Below are positions 49,260-61,180 of a stretch of DNA of 64,000 nt, piece by piece; position 1 is the stretch's first letter; each line of letters starts with the position of its first letter. The DNA comes from Malacoraja senta. Taxonomy: Eukaryota. The stretch spans positions 1 to 64,000 of the forward strand of contig JAXLNO010000438.1 in assembly GCA_038087875.1 (NCBI GenBank), read 5' to 3'. The position numbers were made by a program, and so were the translations under genes. Below the pieces are notes generated by a model. The model searched no databases. It saw only the letters and a list, made by a program, of their open reading frames with translations, and was not told the DNA's origin.

Positions 49260-50800
49260 TGCGTGAGAGAGAGAGAGAGAGGTGGTTGTCAGAGAGGTGA
49301 TGGGGAGAGGGTTGGGGGGCTGGCGGAAGAAGGTGAGGAATAAAGGAATTTGTACAATTGGAAACTATTATAGTAAAATGGTGAGTGTGTTTGAGTATAC
49401 AATTTGGTTAAAATATGAACTTTAGTGCAAGGGGCTTGGATGGGGAGAAATAAGTAAAGTGCTTTCGAGAAGGTTTTCTGAAGCAATATTAGAGTCCTAC
49501 AAGGGGAAGAGGGAACTGTATTTCATCTTAGGGAATGAGGGCGGCCAAGTGATTGAAATGTCTGTGCAGGAACCCTTTGGTTAGAGTGACCACAGTTCAG
49601 TAAGATTTAATATGGTCATGGAAATAAATCAAGTTGATCCTCTAATTAGTTCCCTAAACTTTGAGAAGTTGGATTTTGATCCATATAAGACAGAACTTGG
49701 GAGAATATGATGGGTGTTTAAGAAGGAACTGCAGATGCTGGAAAATCAAAGGTAGACAAAAGTGCTGGAGAAACTCAGCGGGTGGGCAGCATCTATGGAG
49801 CGAAGGAAATAGGCAACAGTTTTGGGCCGAAACCCAGAGGGGCACTGTGAACAACATCTGATAAGTGGGAGGCTTTTAGAAACAAAAAATAAATTAGTAC
49901 CAGCATGTCCCTGTAAGAGGGGAAAGTGGTACGTTTAGGCAATTCTGGTTAATTAAGGCTGGTTAAGGTTTTGATTGGGAAAAGAGGTCAGCTATGTCAA
50001 GACAGGAAATATAAAATGACAAATCATTTGAGGTTAATAGCTGATATAGGGGCAAACTTAACAAATAAATTTGGAGGGCAAAATTGGTCCATAAAATAAC
50101 CTTTGTTAAATGAGAGTTATAAAACCTTTTTATAGGTATATTGGAAGCAAGAGGATAGCCAATGAGAAAAGTTCCTCTTAAGGGCCAGAGGGCATGACCA
50201 TTGATGATGATGATGATGATGACCTAGCTAGTACAGTGAAATCTTTAATATAAAGTACACAAAAGAGGTGCCTGGAAGGTGCAGATAAAGTTACAAAAGT
50301 ACTCATCCCTTCTTCATCCCCCTCCTCCGGGTCCCCCTCTGTCCTTGGCGACGAGGCTCGTCCACCTCAGTCCGACCCCGTCCTCAGCCCGGAGATACAA
50401 TGAAGATTGAATAGGATGTATTTATTCTCACCAAAATCTCATAGAAGTTTAAAACTATTAGCGGCATAGACAAGTTGGACAGTCAGAATATTTTTTCCCA
50501 GGGCAGGTGAATCTAGAACTGCAGGGCGCAGTTTTAAGGTGAGATAAGATAAATTTAAAGGAGATTTGAGGGTTGGGTTCTTCACACATAGGGTGGTGAA
50601 AATGTGGGATGAACTGCCAGAGCAGATAGTGGAGGCAGACACAATGTTTAATAGGAGTACTTGGAACAAGTACTTAGACAGGAAGGGAGGACCTATTGGC
50701 CTAATGCAGGCATGTGGGATTAGCTTAGATAGGCATCTGGTCGACATGAAAATATTGTGGCATGTGTTTTTTTTGTACAATCCATATCATCCATAAACTA
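49260..50800 (+). mobile_element. Old CR1 remnant interrupted by younger inserts
   Basis: SDH endonuclease motif near 49586; FFTHRVVKMWDELP in ORF 50566-50796. Confidence 0.65.
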
Positions 50801-51792
50801 TGTTTCTATTACTATATTTTTATTTCACATGATGGCCATTGAGCCATTGTACCTGTGCCACCTCTCAGAACAATCCATCATTTTTTTTCCTCTGTAACGT
50901 GTTATATCTCACATGTCCATCAGCTTTCCCCCGATTTTCCTGCAACCACATAAATTCTGGACATTTTTAAAAACTAATTAACCTTCTAGCATATCTTTGG
51001 TTGAAGTGGTATCCAGAGCAGTCACAGCAAGGCAAATGGAGGGGAACATGCAAACCCCACAGACAATGGTCCGAATCAAACCCAGGTAACTGGAGGTGAA
51101 GCAGCAACACTACAGCTGTAATGTCATTTATATGGACTCAAATCCTACAACCAGATAATTTATGAGCTAAGAAAGAAAAACAGAACTTTGCCTATGTGAA
51201 CCGTCATTCATCAGTGTAAAAAAGATTAATACTACAAAGCAGACAACAGGTGAACAGTTACATTGCTTTCTAAAAAAAAGTATTGGATATTTCTGAAATC
51301 TTAAACTTGTAAAAATATTTTGTCTGTACGGTGTTTGTACATTCTCCCTGTGACCGCGTGGGCTTTCTCCGCGATCTTCGGTTTCCTCCAACACCCCAAA
51401 GACATACAGGTTTGTATGTTAATTGGCTTAGTATAAGTGTAAATTGTCCTTAGTGTGTGTAGGATAGTGTTAATGTGTGGGGATCGCTGGTCGGTGTGGA
51501 CTCGGTGGGCCGAGGGGCCTGTTTCTGTGCTGTATCTCTAAAACTAAAAAAGAAATACTTTGGAGCCCCATAAATAGCTACTGGCTCCACACACATCAGA
51601 ATTTTCAGTATAATGTTTGTGTATTAAAACAAGTTAAGTGTTTGCAACAACAAGTGTGTCCATTCCTGAATTTGCAGAGCCGCCAAATTATCTTGTCAAT
51701 TCTCAAGTTTTGCTGATTTCTTGCCAATGTTGCCAGATTATATTGATGATCCTAACTAGTGTCAGGTATGAGGCACTTATGGGAATCACATG

Positions 51793-51883
51793 GACAGAAA
51801 TGCTGGAGTAACTCAGCGGGACAGGGCAGTATCTCTGGAGAGAAGGATTGGTGACATTTCGGGTCGAAACCCTTCTTCAGACC
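51793..51883 (-). ncRNA. Penelope-type terminal-repeat cassette with putative minimal hammerhead ribozyme core (51850-51883)
   Basis: Minus strand reads GGT CTGAAGA A GGGT TTCG ACCC GAAA TG TC ACC: the CUGAnGA and GAAA boxes, stem II, UH site and a 3-bp stem I. Confidence 0.6.
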
Positions 51884-53984
51884 TGTGTAAATCACGTGTT
51901 CAACAGAAGGAAGAACCACCCCCCTAACTCCCAATCCATATCCTGATATATGTATAATCATCCATTGTTTGCAGAAGTTGCTTTGCAATGACCAATGCAG
52001 GGTCAAAGGTACATCGATTTAGGTTAGATAGGTTTATTATTGTGCAGGAAAGAACTGCAGATGCTGGTTTTAAGCGAAGATGCAAAATGCTGGGGTAACT
52101 CAGTGGAATAGGCAATCTTTTATTATAGGTTTATTATTGTCCTATGTATCGGGTACAGTGAAACGGTTTGTTCTGCATGTTAATCAATCATATGGGCGTG
52201 GGCCCGATCCACCCGCCGAACAACCGTGCCGCTGACGACCAGAACGCCGACCAAAGACCAGAACGTGCCCATCTCGCCCCACAGGCCTCCCAGGGGACTG
52301 CAGTGAAGCCGAGCGGCGAGGCCTGTCTGGGCCGAAGGAGCCTCAGCGGTGCCGCGATCGGAGCCTCGGTGGCGCCAGCAGGTGCCTCAGCAGTAGCGGG
52401 AGCCTTGGCGGCAGTGGGGCCTCGGTGGCAATGGAGCCTCGGTAGCGGTGGGGCCTAGCGGTCAATAAGTGTGAGGGAAGACAATGGAGGACCCGGTGTT
52501 GGGGGACCGCCGGGAAGAAGAATGGGGACCCAGCGTGGGGGACCACTGTGAGGGACGGTGGGAGAACAAAGGGGGACCTGGTGGGGGGGGGGGGGGGAGG
52601 GGGGAGGGGGAGGGGGCAGGTGCACTCTAGTTTAGAATCCTCTGCCCAGGGGATAAGTCTGTGTTTGTTTGTTTGTTTATTCATTTGTTCCGGTGAAGAC
52701 GCTGTGCACATGGCAGCCAGCCAACAGTCGCTTGTCTTTTTTTCTTTTGCTTCACTTTTTAATTTCAAGTTTTGTGTACATTGTGTGTTGTGACTGTCGG
52801 CAGACCAATTTCCTTCCGGGGATGAATAAAGTTTTATCATATCGTATTGTAAATCAGATAATACTATACATAAATACAATCAAGATAAACTCACATACAA
52901 TAGGTAGAAAAAAGGGAAAAATATTATTAGAACAGCATGAAATGATTCTAGATTTACGGGCAGAAGAAAAATAACAAGTAAAGTGATTGTATTGGATGGC
53001 AGTAGATCATCTTCTGGGATCAGCAGGCAAAGAGTCCACCATTACAATCATGTTAGGTTGCCCTCAATATTTTAACAGCTGTAAAAAGAAAGCACACAGC
53101 TTAAAATTAATATCCAATTTTAGTACATGCAACATGTAGTTTAATTGTAGAGGTAAACTTGAAAATCCTTTTCTAGTCTCTATTCACTTGCAATACATGG
53201 TGAATGATGTTAATCGGGGCCAATTGTCTTAATATATGCTTCATTTAAAACACATTCTTGAACAAATAACAAAGTGCATTAAACGAGAATAACTGAATTT
53301 CTAGATTATTGACTAAATTTATATTTAGCATAGATGTTTAGGCAACTCTTTATGTCTGAAGAGAGTTTTCAATATTAGACAAGCCACTTTTTTTCCAATG
53401 CTAATAATCATGTCGCTCTCATAAGCTAGGCAAGAACTCACACTAATTACTGCCACTTCTATATAAAACGTCGAAGGCAATAGAAATTCTGAAGCTTGTA
53501 ATGCAAATTTGGAACTTAATTGCAACCTCTCAACTAAGCAGGAAGAGATATTTCTACATTAATTCTGTTGTAATTAGCAGTTTCATTACATCCTTTTCCT
53601 TAGGCATACTGGAAGGTGCTGCTGATGTAAAGGATGGGACATTAAGACTATCTTTCTCTGCTAAGTAGAGAAAAAATAATCCGTTCCGTTCATTGGAATC
53701 CTGTTAACCATATATTGTATATACTGTATTCAATTTGGGTCATGTGTTTTAAGTACGAGTGAAAGAAAACCAGCAATGACAGGCAACATACGAGTAGTAC
53801 TTAAATGTCTATTAATTTATGGATTATTTCCTGAAGTTAATATAAATAGTTTAAAAAGCAAAATGTAAAAGTTGAGTTAATCACATCAAGTTTGTTTAAT
53901 TTGAGACTCTATGTGCCAGTACATGGCAAATGGTATGGAATGTTTAAAACATGTATATTAGAACGACAGAATATCAGAACATTT

Positions 53985-54452
53985 TATGAGGATGTTGCCA
54001 GGAATCGAGGACTGAGGCTTTTGGGAGAAGCTGAACAAGCTGGGACTCTATACCTTGGAGCAGGGAGGATGACGTGTGATCTTGTACAGGTATATAAAAT
54101 CATGAGAGGAATAGATCGGGTAGACACACAGACTCTCTAGCCCAGAGCAGGGGAATTGATAACTAGAGGACATAGGTTTAAGTTGAAGGGGAAAAGATTT
54201 AATAGGAATCTGTGAGGTAACTTTTTCACACTAAGGGTGGTGGGTGTATGGAACAAGCAGCCAGAGGAAGCAGTTGAGGCAGGGACTACCGCAACATTTA
54301 AGAAACATTTAGACAGGTACATGGATAGGATAGGTTTAGAGGGATATGGGCTAAACGCAGGCAAGTGGGACTAGTGTAGATGGGACATGTTGTTCATTGT
54401 GAGCAAATTGGGCTGAAGGGCCTGTTTCCACGTTGTATGACTATGACTCTAT
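53985..54452 (+). mobile_element. CR1-type LINE 3' fragment (ATGACT-tail family)
   Basis: DLVQVYKIMRGIDRVD; 3' end GGGCTGAAGGGCCTGTTTCCACGTTGTATGACTATGACT. Related pieces at 56160-56415 (-) and 63320-63475 (+). Confidence 0.85.
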
Positions 54453-55339
54453 AAGCATTTGAACAAAAAAAGGCAATCTGGCCTTTGAAACTGTTCCACA
54501 ATTTAGCAAAATTATGGATGATCTACTGCCTCTGTTCCATTTTTCTGCACTTTTCCTTATCCCTTCATTCTCTTAATATTTAAATATCTATTAATTTCTA
54601 TTTTGAATAAACCCAATGACTAAACCTCCACTGCCATCTGGGTGGAGAAGTCCATTGATTCACCATCTTCTAAGTGAAATAATTTGTCCCAATCATAATG
54701 CCAAACTCCTGGATAGAGGTGGATATGGAGAGGATGTTTCCACCACTAGTGGGAGATTCTAGGACTAGAGGCCATAGCCTCAGAATTAAAGGATGTTCCT
54801 TTACGAATACGAGCTGGGGATTTCTTTATGGTGGTGAATCTGTAGAATTCATTGTCACAGAAAGCCAAGGAGGCTGTCAATGGATATTTTTAAGGAAGAG
54901 ATAGATAGATTCTTGATGAGTACGGGTGTCAGAGGTTATGGGGAGAAGGGCAAACTCACCATCCTAGGGATCGGCCTAATAAATAGTTTCAGCACTACCT
55001 CTAATGCTAAATGTGACATTTTTCAGGTAAGACCAATTTTTCAGTATGAAGAAGGGTCTCGACCGAAACGCACCCATTCCTTCTCTCCACAGATGTTGCC
55101 TGCCCCGCTGAGTTACTCCAGCATTTTGTGTCTATCTTCGATTTAAACCCAGCATCTGAAGAGATACAGAGTGGTGGAGTAAGTCGGCGGGTCGGGTGGC
55201 ATCCCTGGAGAACATGGATGGATGACGATGTGGGTCATCCATCCATATACACTTGCTGTATATTTCTTTTTCCATCACATTACCTCTAAGTATTATGTAA
55301 TTTGCTTTTGATGGCCTTTTTCCGCCAAACCTTCTGCTA

Positions 55340-55862
55340 CTAATCTGAGGAAAGACATTCTTGCCATAGAGGGAGTACAGAGAAGGTTCACCAGACTGAT
55401 TCCTGGGATGTCAGGACTTTCATATGAAGAAAGACTGGATAGACTCGGCTTGTACTCGCTAGAATTTCGAAGATTGAGGGGGGGATCTTATAGAAACATA
55501 CAAAATTCTTAAGGGGTTGGACAGGCTAGATGCAGGAAGATTGTTCCCGATGTTGGGGAGTCCAGAACAAGGGGTCACAGTTTAAGGATAAGGGGAAGTC
55601 TTTTAGGACCGAGATGAGAAAAACATTTTTCACACAGAGAGTGGTGAATCTCTGGAATTCTCTGTCACAGAAGGTAGTTGAAGTCAGTTCATTGCTATAT
55701 TTAAGAGGGAGTTAGATGTGTCCCTGTGGCTAAGGGAATCAGGGGGTATGGAGAGAAGGCAGGTACGGGATACTGAGTTGGATGATCAGCCATAATCTTA
55801 TTGAATGGTCATGGCTCGAAGGGGTCGAATCGCCTATTCCTGCACCTATTTTCTGTTTCTAT
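55340..55862 (+). mobile_element. CR1 3' fragment
   Basis: Colinear with the 44.1 kb copy and extends further 5'; several small indels. Confidence 0.9.
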
Positions 55863-56574
55863 TCTCAGTGATGCCTGCATTTATGAGTTTTGGGTTATTG
55901 TGAAAGTTTTAAATTATGTTGTTACATTTTGTATGTCCAAGTTATTAATATATGTCAAAAAGAAAATGTGTCAATATTGTCATTGCTGGTTCAATTGACA
56001 GAAATGTTGTCTCTGAGTTAGGAAGTTGTGGATTCAATGCTGTTCCAGTAACTTGTGCACACATATTCAAGCATACAGCACGGATATACTCAGAATGATG
56101 CTTGCTTTTTGAGTGAAATATCAAATCTAGGCTTGATTTGATTTTTACTGACACTGAAATGGTCATAGTCATAGAGTGTAGAACAAGTCTTTCAGCTCAA
56201 CTTGCCCATGCTGACCAAGATGCCCCATCTACTCGTCCCACTTGCCTGCACTTGGCCCGTAACCTCTAAACCTATCCAAATCCACGAACCCGCCCAAATG
56301 TCTCTTAAATGTTATGATAGTCCTGCCTCAACTACCTCATTCCATATACCCACTCCCCTTGTGTAAAAGGTTACCTCTCAGATTCCTATAAATCTTTCCA
56401 GCCTCACCTTAAACCTACAGCATGGTCAGAATACATGCTCATGAAAAGGCAGCACAGGCCAGCACTGACTGTTTTCGGCTCCTTTGCCTCTTTGAGAATC
56501 TGCAGTGCCAGTGACTTTTTTAATCCCATAGCTTCAATACAAGACGTTTTATCAAACATCCTTTGCAAAGATTG

Positions 56575-56982
56575 AAGACTAGGCTTGTATTCACTGGATG
56601 AGGGGGGATCTATAGAAACATATAAAATTATTAAAGGACTGGACAAGCAAGATGCAGGAAAAATGTTCCCAATGTTGGGCGAGTCAGAACCAGGGGCCAC
56701 AGTCTTAGAATAAAGGGAGGCTATTTAAGACTGAGGGGGAGAAAAACTTTTCACCCAGAGAGTTTGTGAATTTGTGGAATTCCCTTCCACAGAGGGCAGT
56801 GGAGGCCAAATCACGGATGATTTAAGAGAGAGTTAGATAGAGCTCTAGGGGCTAGTGGAATCAAGGGGGAGAAGGTAGGCACGGGTTATTGATTGGGACG
56901 ATCAGCCATGATCACAATAAATGGCGATGCTGGCTCAAAGGGCCGAATGGCCTCGTCCTGCACCTATTTTTCTATGTTTCTA
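56575..56982 (+). mobile_element. CR1 3' fragment
   Basis: ORF2 C-terminus remnants and 3' UTR ending CACCTATTTTTCTATGTTTCTA. Confidence 0.85.
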
Positions 56983-57245
56983 AGTCCAAATAACATTGTC
57001 TTTTATTTGTCAAAAGCCTACATTTTGTAAGTAGGATTTACTATTAATTAATCAATCATGATTTCAAAAAGACTCGGAAATTATACTTGCTCGTCTTTTA
57101 CCCATTTTGAGAACATCAATTATCCAGATCCAAAATTCATCTACGTTTCACCTGCAAGCAATCGTATGCCTCCAAACCTAACCGAGTTTTCACATTATAT
57201 TACTTTGAAATTATGATATTCCGTATTCCGAATCTATATCATTAA

Positions 57246-57415
57246 TGTTCAAGAAGGTGAGATGCTGGAAAATCGAAGGTGGACAAAAGTGCTGGAGAAA
57301 CTCAGCGGGTGCGGCAGCATCTATGGAGCGAAGGAAGAAGGGTTTCGGCCCGAAAAGTTGCCTATTTCCTTCGCTCCATAGATGCTGCCGCACCCGGCTG
57401 AGTTTCTCCAGCAAC
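57246..57415. mobile_element. Inverted Penelope-type cassette pair just upstream of the ERGIC1 promoter
   Basis: 57290-57336 is the approximate reverse complement of 57367-57413; same subfamily as the 49715-49833 and 58456 copies. Confidence 0.8.
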
Positions 57416-57429
57416 TCTCTTGCATTCCC

Positions 57430-57606
57430 AGACCGGAATAAGACCAGCAGGTCACTTCTCAGCAACCAATAGCGAAATACAGGGCGTCCAAATGTGACGA
57501 CGCATCCGGGCGGTAGCCGGCGGGTTCCAGAGAAAGTTGTGCACTTTACACTGGTAAATCCCCTGCAATTGCATTTAGTGAACTGATTGCAATTTCAGGC
57601 GCCGTC
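57430..57606 (+). promoter_or_regulatory. ERGIC1: ERGIC1 CpG-rich promoter/5' UTR
   Basis: CCGGAA (57433), CCAAT (57466-57470), TGACG (57495) and GGGCGG (57508-57513) directly upstream of the ATG. Confidence 0.65.
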
Positions 57607-57626
57607 ATGGTATTCGACGTGAGGAG
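57607..57626 (+). CDS. ERGIC1: ER-Golgi intermediate compartment protein 1, first coding exon (20 nt; later exons not found in window)
   Basis: gccgtcATGG Kozak context; ATG GTA TTC GAC GTG AGG AG|GTGAGT = MVFDVR(R). This matches the ERGIC1 N-terminus M.FD.RRFDIYRK, and the donor is a perfect consensus. CpG-rich promoter upstream; ERGIC1 is the known head-to-head neighbour of DUSP1. Confidence 0.85.
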
Positions 57627-58455
57627 GTGAGTTGGGAGTGTGCACGCATCGGTATGTATTTCTTGTAGAGGCAAGGTTGGCAGAGGATGTACAGAAATGT
57701 TGCAGAGTTCTGGAGGCAAGTTGCTCTTGTCCCTTGGGTCTGCTGCAACCCTTGTTCCATCGCAGCAGATCCTGGCGTGTCAAAGCCAGAGGCTGAAATC
57801 ATCTCTGCTTGCAACCCTGGTCCAGGTTTCACCGGGCGGGCGGGGCGAGTGGTGGGGGTGGGTGTTATCCGGCCAAAAAAAAAGCACCTTTCAGGTCATT
57901 TGTGAAATCTGATTAATTGCATTATAACGGTCTGTCTCCTTATCAGACGTGGAACCGTTTCCCAGCTAATGTTAGCACTCCAGCAAATGCATTACCTGTC
58001 CTTTTAAAAACCTGTGCATAAAAATAACAATAAAGTGCACCGAATCGTGCAATTCCTGTGTTTAGTAAAGGGAATTGTGTCTCCCTTTTTTGGTGGGACG
58101 ATTTATGTGGTTGGTGGCATTTAATTTTCTTTCATTCTCTAAAGAATGAGAGCAGCTTTAATTTATTAACACGTGGCACACGTTGATTTGACCCAACGCG
58201 GGTCCGGTTCTACCCGGAAGCATTGTCTCATAGCACATGTTTAAAATCTCCTGTATTACCTGACGAGTCTCACGTTTCCTTTCTGAAATTGTAGCTCGTT
58301 ACGCACGTAAATTACAATTTGAGAAAGGAAAGGTGAAACTCGTCAGATAGTACCAGAGAGTTTAAACTAGCAAGCTGTGAAGTCTTAATAATCCATTTGG
58401 CTTAAAATTTATTACAATTTACTTTTTTTTTCCTGAGTGAAATAGTTAGAATAGT

Positions 58456-58627
58456 GTTAAAGAAGGAACTGCAGATGCTGGAAAATCGAAGGTAACACAC
58501 TCGTAACGTGAATACAATAGGCAACGTTTCGGGCCGATACCCTTCTTCACCCTGAATAAGGGTTTCGGCCCGAAACGTTGCCTATTTCCTTTGCTCCATA
58601 GAGTTTCTCCAGCACTTTTGTCTACCT
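58456..58627. mobile_element. Inverted Penelope-type cassette pair with 13-bp TSD
   Basis: TAGTTAGAATAGT at 58443-58455 and 58628-58640; two opposed GAAGGGT(T/A)TCGGCCCGAAACGTTGCC-type cores. Confidence 0.85.
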
Positions 58628-58962
58628 TAGTTAGAATAGTCCCTGAACCAGTAATCTCACCCACGTTAACATTTTGCCAAGTTCGTTGTGGAACTCTCAA
58701 AGCTCATTTTACGTTATTATTGTTGTATTCACGTTACGAGTGTGTTATTTTTCAGAAGTGAGTAGCTGTTAATTGTCGGTAATAGAAATGGCTGGGTTGT
58801 GAACAAGAAGGTCAAAATCGTGGCAATGTGATATTGACTTTTATTACTGTAATTCGCTAAAGCTAGTAGGCATTTCTGTTTTGAGAGAGTGCAGTGTAGA
58901 TTTCATTAACACATTTAACATTTCATCACTAATAATGGTGTTATCTCGTGGTTTCTATTGAG

Positions 58963-59598
58963 GTCATAAGGCCATAAGTGATAGGAACAGAATTAGGCCA
59001 TTCGGCCGATCAAGCCTACTCAGCCATTCAATCATTGTTGATCTATCTCTCCTTCCTAACCCCATTCTCCTGCATTTTCCCCATAATCCCTGACACCCGT
59101 ACTCATCAAGAATCTATCTATGCTGTAAAAATATCAATTGAATGGGCCTCCACAGCTTTCTGTGGCAAGAAATTCCACAGATCCACCACCCTCTGACTAA
59201 AGAAATTCCTCCTCATCACCTTCCTAAAGGAAAATCCTTTAATTCTGAGGCTATGACCTCTAGTCCTAGACTCTCCCACTAGTGGAAACATCCTCTCTAC
59301 ATCCACTCTATCCAAGCCTTTCACTATTCGGTACGTTTCAGTGAGGTCCCTCTTCGTTCTTCTAAACTCCAGCGAGTACAGGCCCAGTGCCGACAAATGC
59401 TTATCATATATTAACCCACTCATTCCTGGGATCATTCTTGTAAACCTCCCCTAGACCCCCTCCATGACCAACACATCCTCGGATATGGTGCCCATAATTG
59501 CTCACAATACTCCAAATGTAGTCTGACCAGCGCCTTATAGAGCCTCAGCATTACATCCCTCTTTTTGTATTCTAGACCTTTTGAAATAAATGCGAGCA
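58963..59598 (-). mobile_element. CR1 3' fragment
   Basis: ORFs 59118-59435 and part of 59432-59821: LAFISKGLEYK, ALVRLHLEYC, GESRTRGHSLRIKG. Confidence 0.9.
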
Positions 59599-59883
59599 TT
59601 GAGAACCAGTTGGTATCTTCCTCCAGCTGCCAGCCATCATTTATTAGGAAGGACAGGGGGAGTGAGGGAGCAGCATTTGACCAGATCCAAAGGCAGGTCC
59701 TACCAGCGTGTTGATTGCCCCTCACTGACACAGTGGACTGATTCCCTGAACCTCTGCAAGTAATCTGTCCTCTGTTCTTCCTGTTCTTAAGTGATTGCCA
59801 ATGCATCCCTGTGTTTGTCAATATTTCAATGTGGTGCTTCCTTGCGCCACCATTGTTGTCTCTCTTGCTTCTTTGTAGACTGG

Positions 59884-61180
59884 CGAGAGAGAGAAAACAG
59901 CGAATTATAGACCAGTTAGCCTGACATCGGTGGTGGGGAAGATGCTGGAGTCAATTATAAAAGATGAAATAGCCGCACATTTGGATAGCAGTAACAGGAT
60001 CGGTCCGAGTCAGCATGGATTTACGAAGGGGAAATCATGCTTGACTAATCTTCTGGAATTTTTTGAAGATGTAACTAGGAAAATGGACAAGGGAGAGCCA
60101 GTGGATGTAGTGTACCTGGACTTTCAGAAAGCATTTGATAAGGTCCCACATAGGAGATTAGTGGGCAAAATTAGGGCACATGGTATTGGGGGTAGAGTGC
60201 TGACATAGATAGAAAATTGGTTGGCAGACAGGAAACACAGAGTGGGGATTAACAGGTCCCTTTCAGAATGGCAGGCAGTGACTAGTGGGGTACCGCAAGC
60301 CTCGGTGCTGGGACCGCAGCTATTTACAATATACATCAATGATTTGGATGAAGGGATTCAAAGTAACATTATCAAATTTGCAGATGACACAAAGCTGGGT
60401 GTCAGTGTGAACTGTGAGGAGGATGCTATGAGAATGCAGGGTGACTTGGACAGGTTGGGGGAGTGGGCAGATGCATGGCAGATGACCTTTAATGTGGATA
60501 AATGTGAGGTTATCCACTTTGGTAGCAAAAACAGGAAGGCAGATTACTATCTAAATGCCGTCAAGTTGGGAAAAGGGGAAGTACAGCGGGATCTGGGGGT
60601 CCTTGTTCATCAGTCTATGAAAGTAAGCATGCAGGTACAGCAGGCAGTGAAGAAAGCGAATGGCATGTTGGCCTTTATAACAAGAGGATAGGAGCAAAGA
60701 GGTCCTTCTGCAGTTGTACAGAGCCCTAGTGAGACCACACCTGGAGTATTGTGTGCAATTTTGGTCCCCTAATTTGAGGGAGGACATTCTTGCTATTGAG
60801 GGAGTGCAGCGTAGGTTTACAAGGTTAATTCCCGGGATGGCGGGACTGTCATATGCTGAGAGAATGAAGCAGCTGGGCTTGTACACTCTGGAGTTTAGAA
60901 GGATGAGAGGGTATCTTATTGAAACATATAAGATTTTTTAGGGTTTGGACGCGCTAGAGGCAGGAAACATGTTCCCGATGTTGGGGGAGTCCCTGAACCA
61001 GGGGCCACAGTTTAAGAATAAGGGGTAAGCCATTTAGAACGGAGACGAGGGAACACTTTTTCTCACAGAGAGTTGTGAGTCTGTGGAATTCTCTGCCTCA
61101 GTGGAGGGCGGTGGAGGCAGGTTCTCTCGATGCTTTCAAAAGAGAGCTGGATAGGGCTCAAAGATAGCGGAGTCAGGGAT
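59884..61180 (+). mobile_element. CR1-clade LINE, same subfamily as the 31.4-33.0 kb copy, 3' end replaced by a MITE
   Basis: RT ORF fragments 59930-60941 are nearly identical to the 31.6-32.9 kb copy (shared NIIKFADD). Confidence 0.95.

Noticed and set aside
55340..57415. Excess 1-bp indels in repeat copies as a mutational hotspot
   Set aside because: Cannot be separated from consensus errors in the assembly or from older element age without reads.
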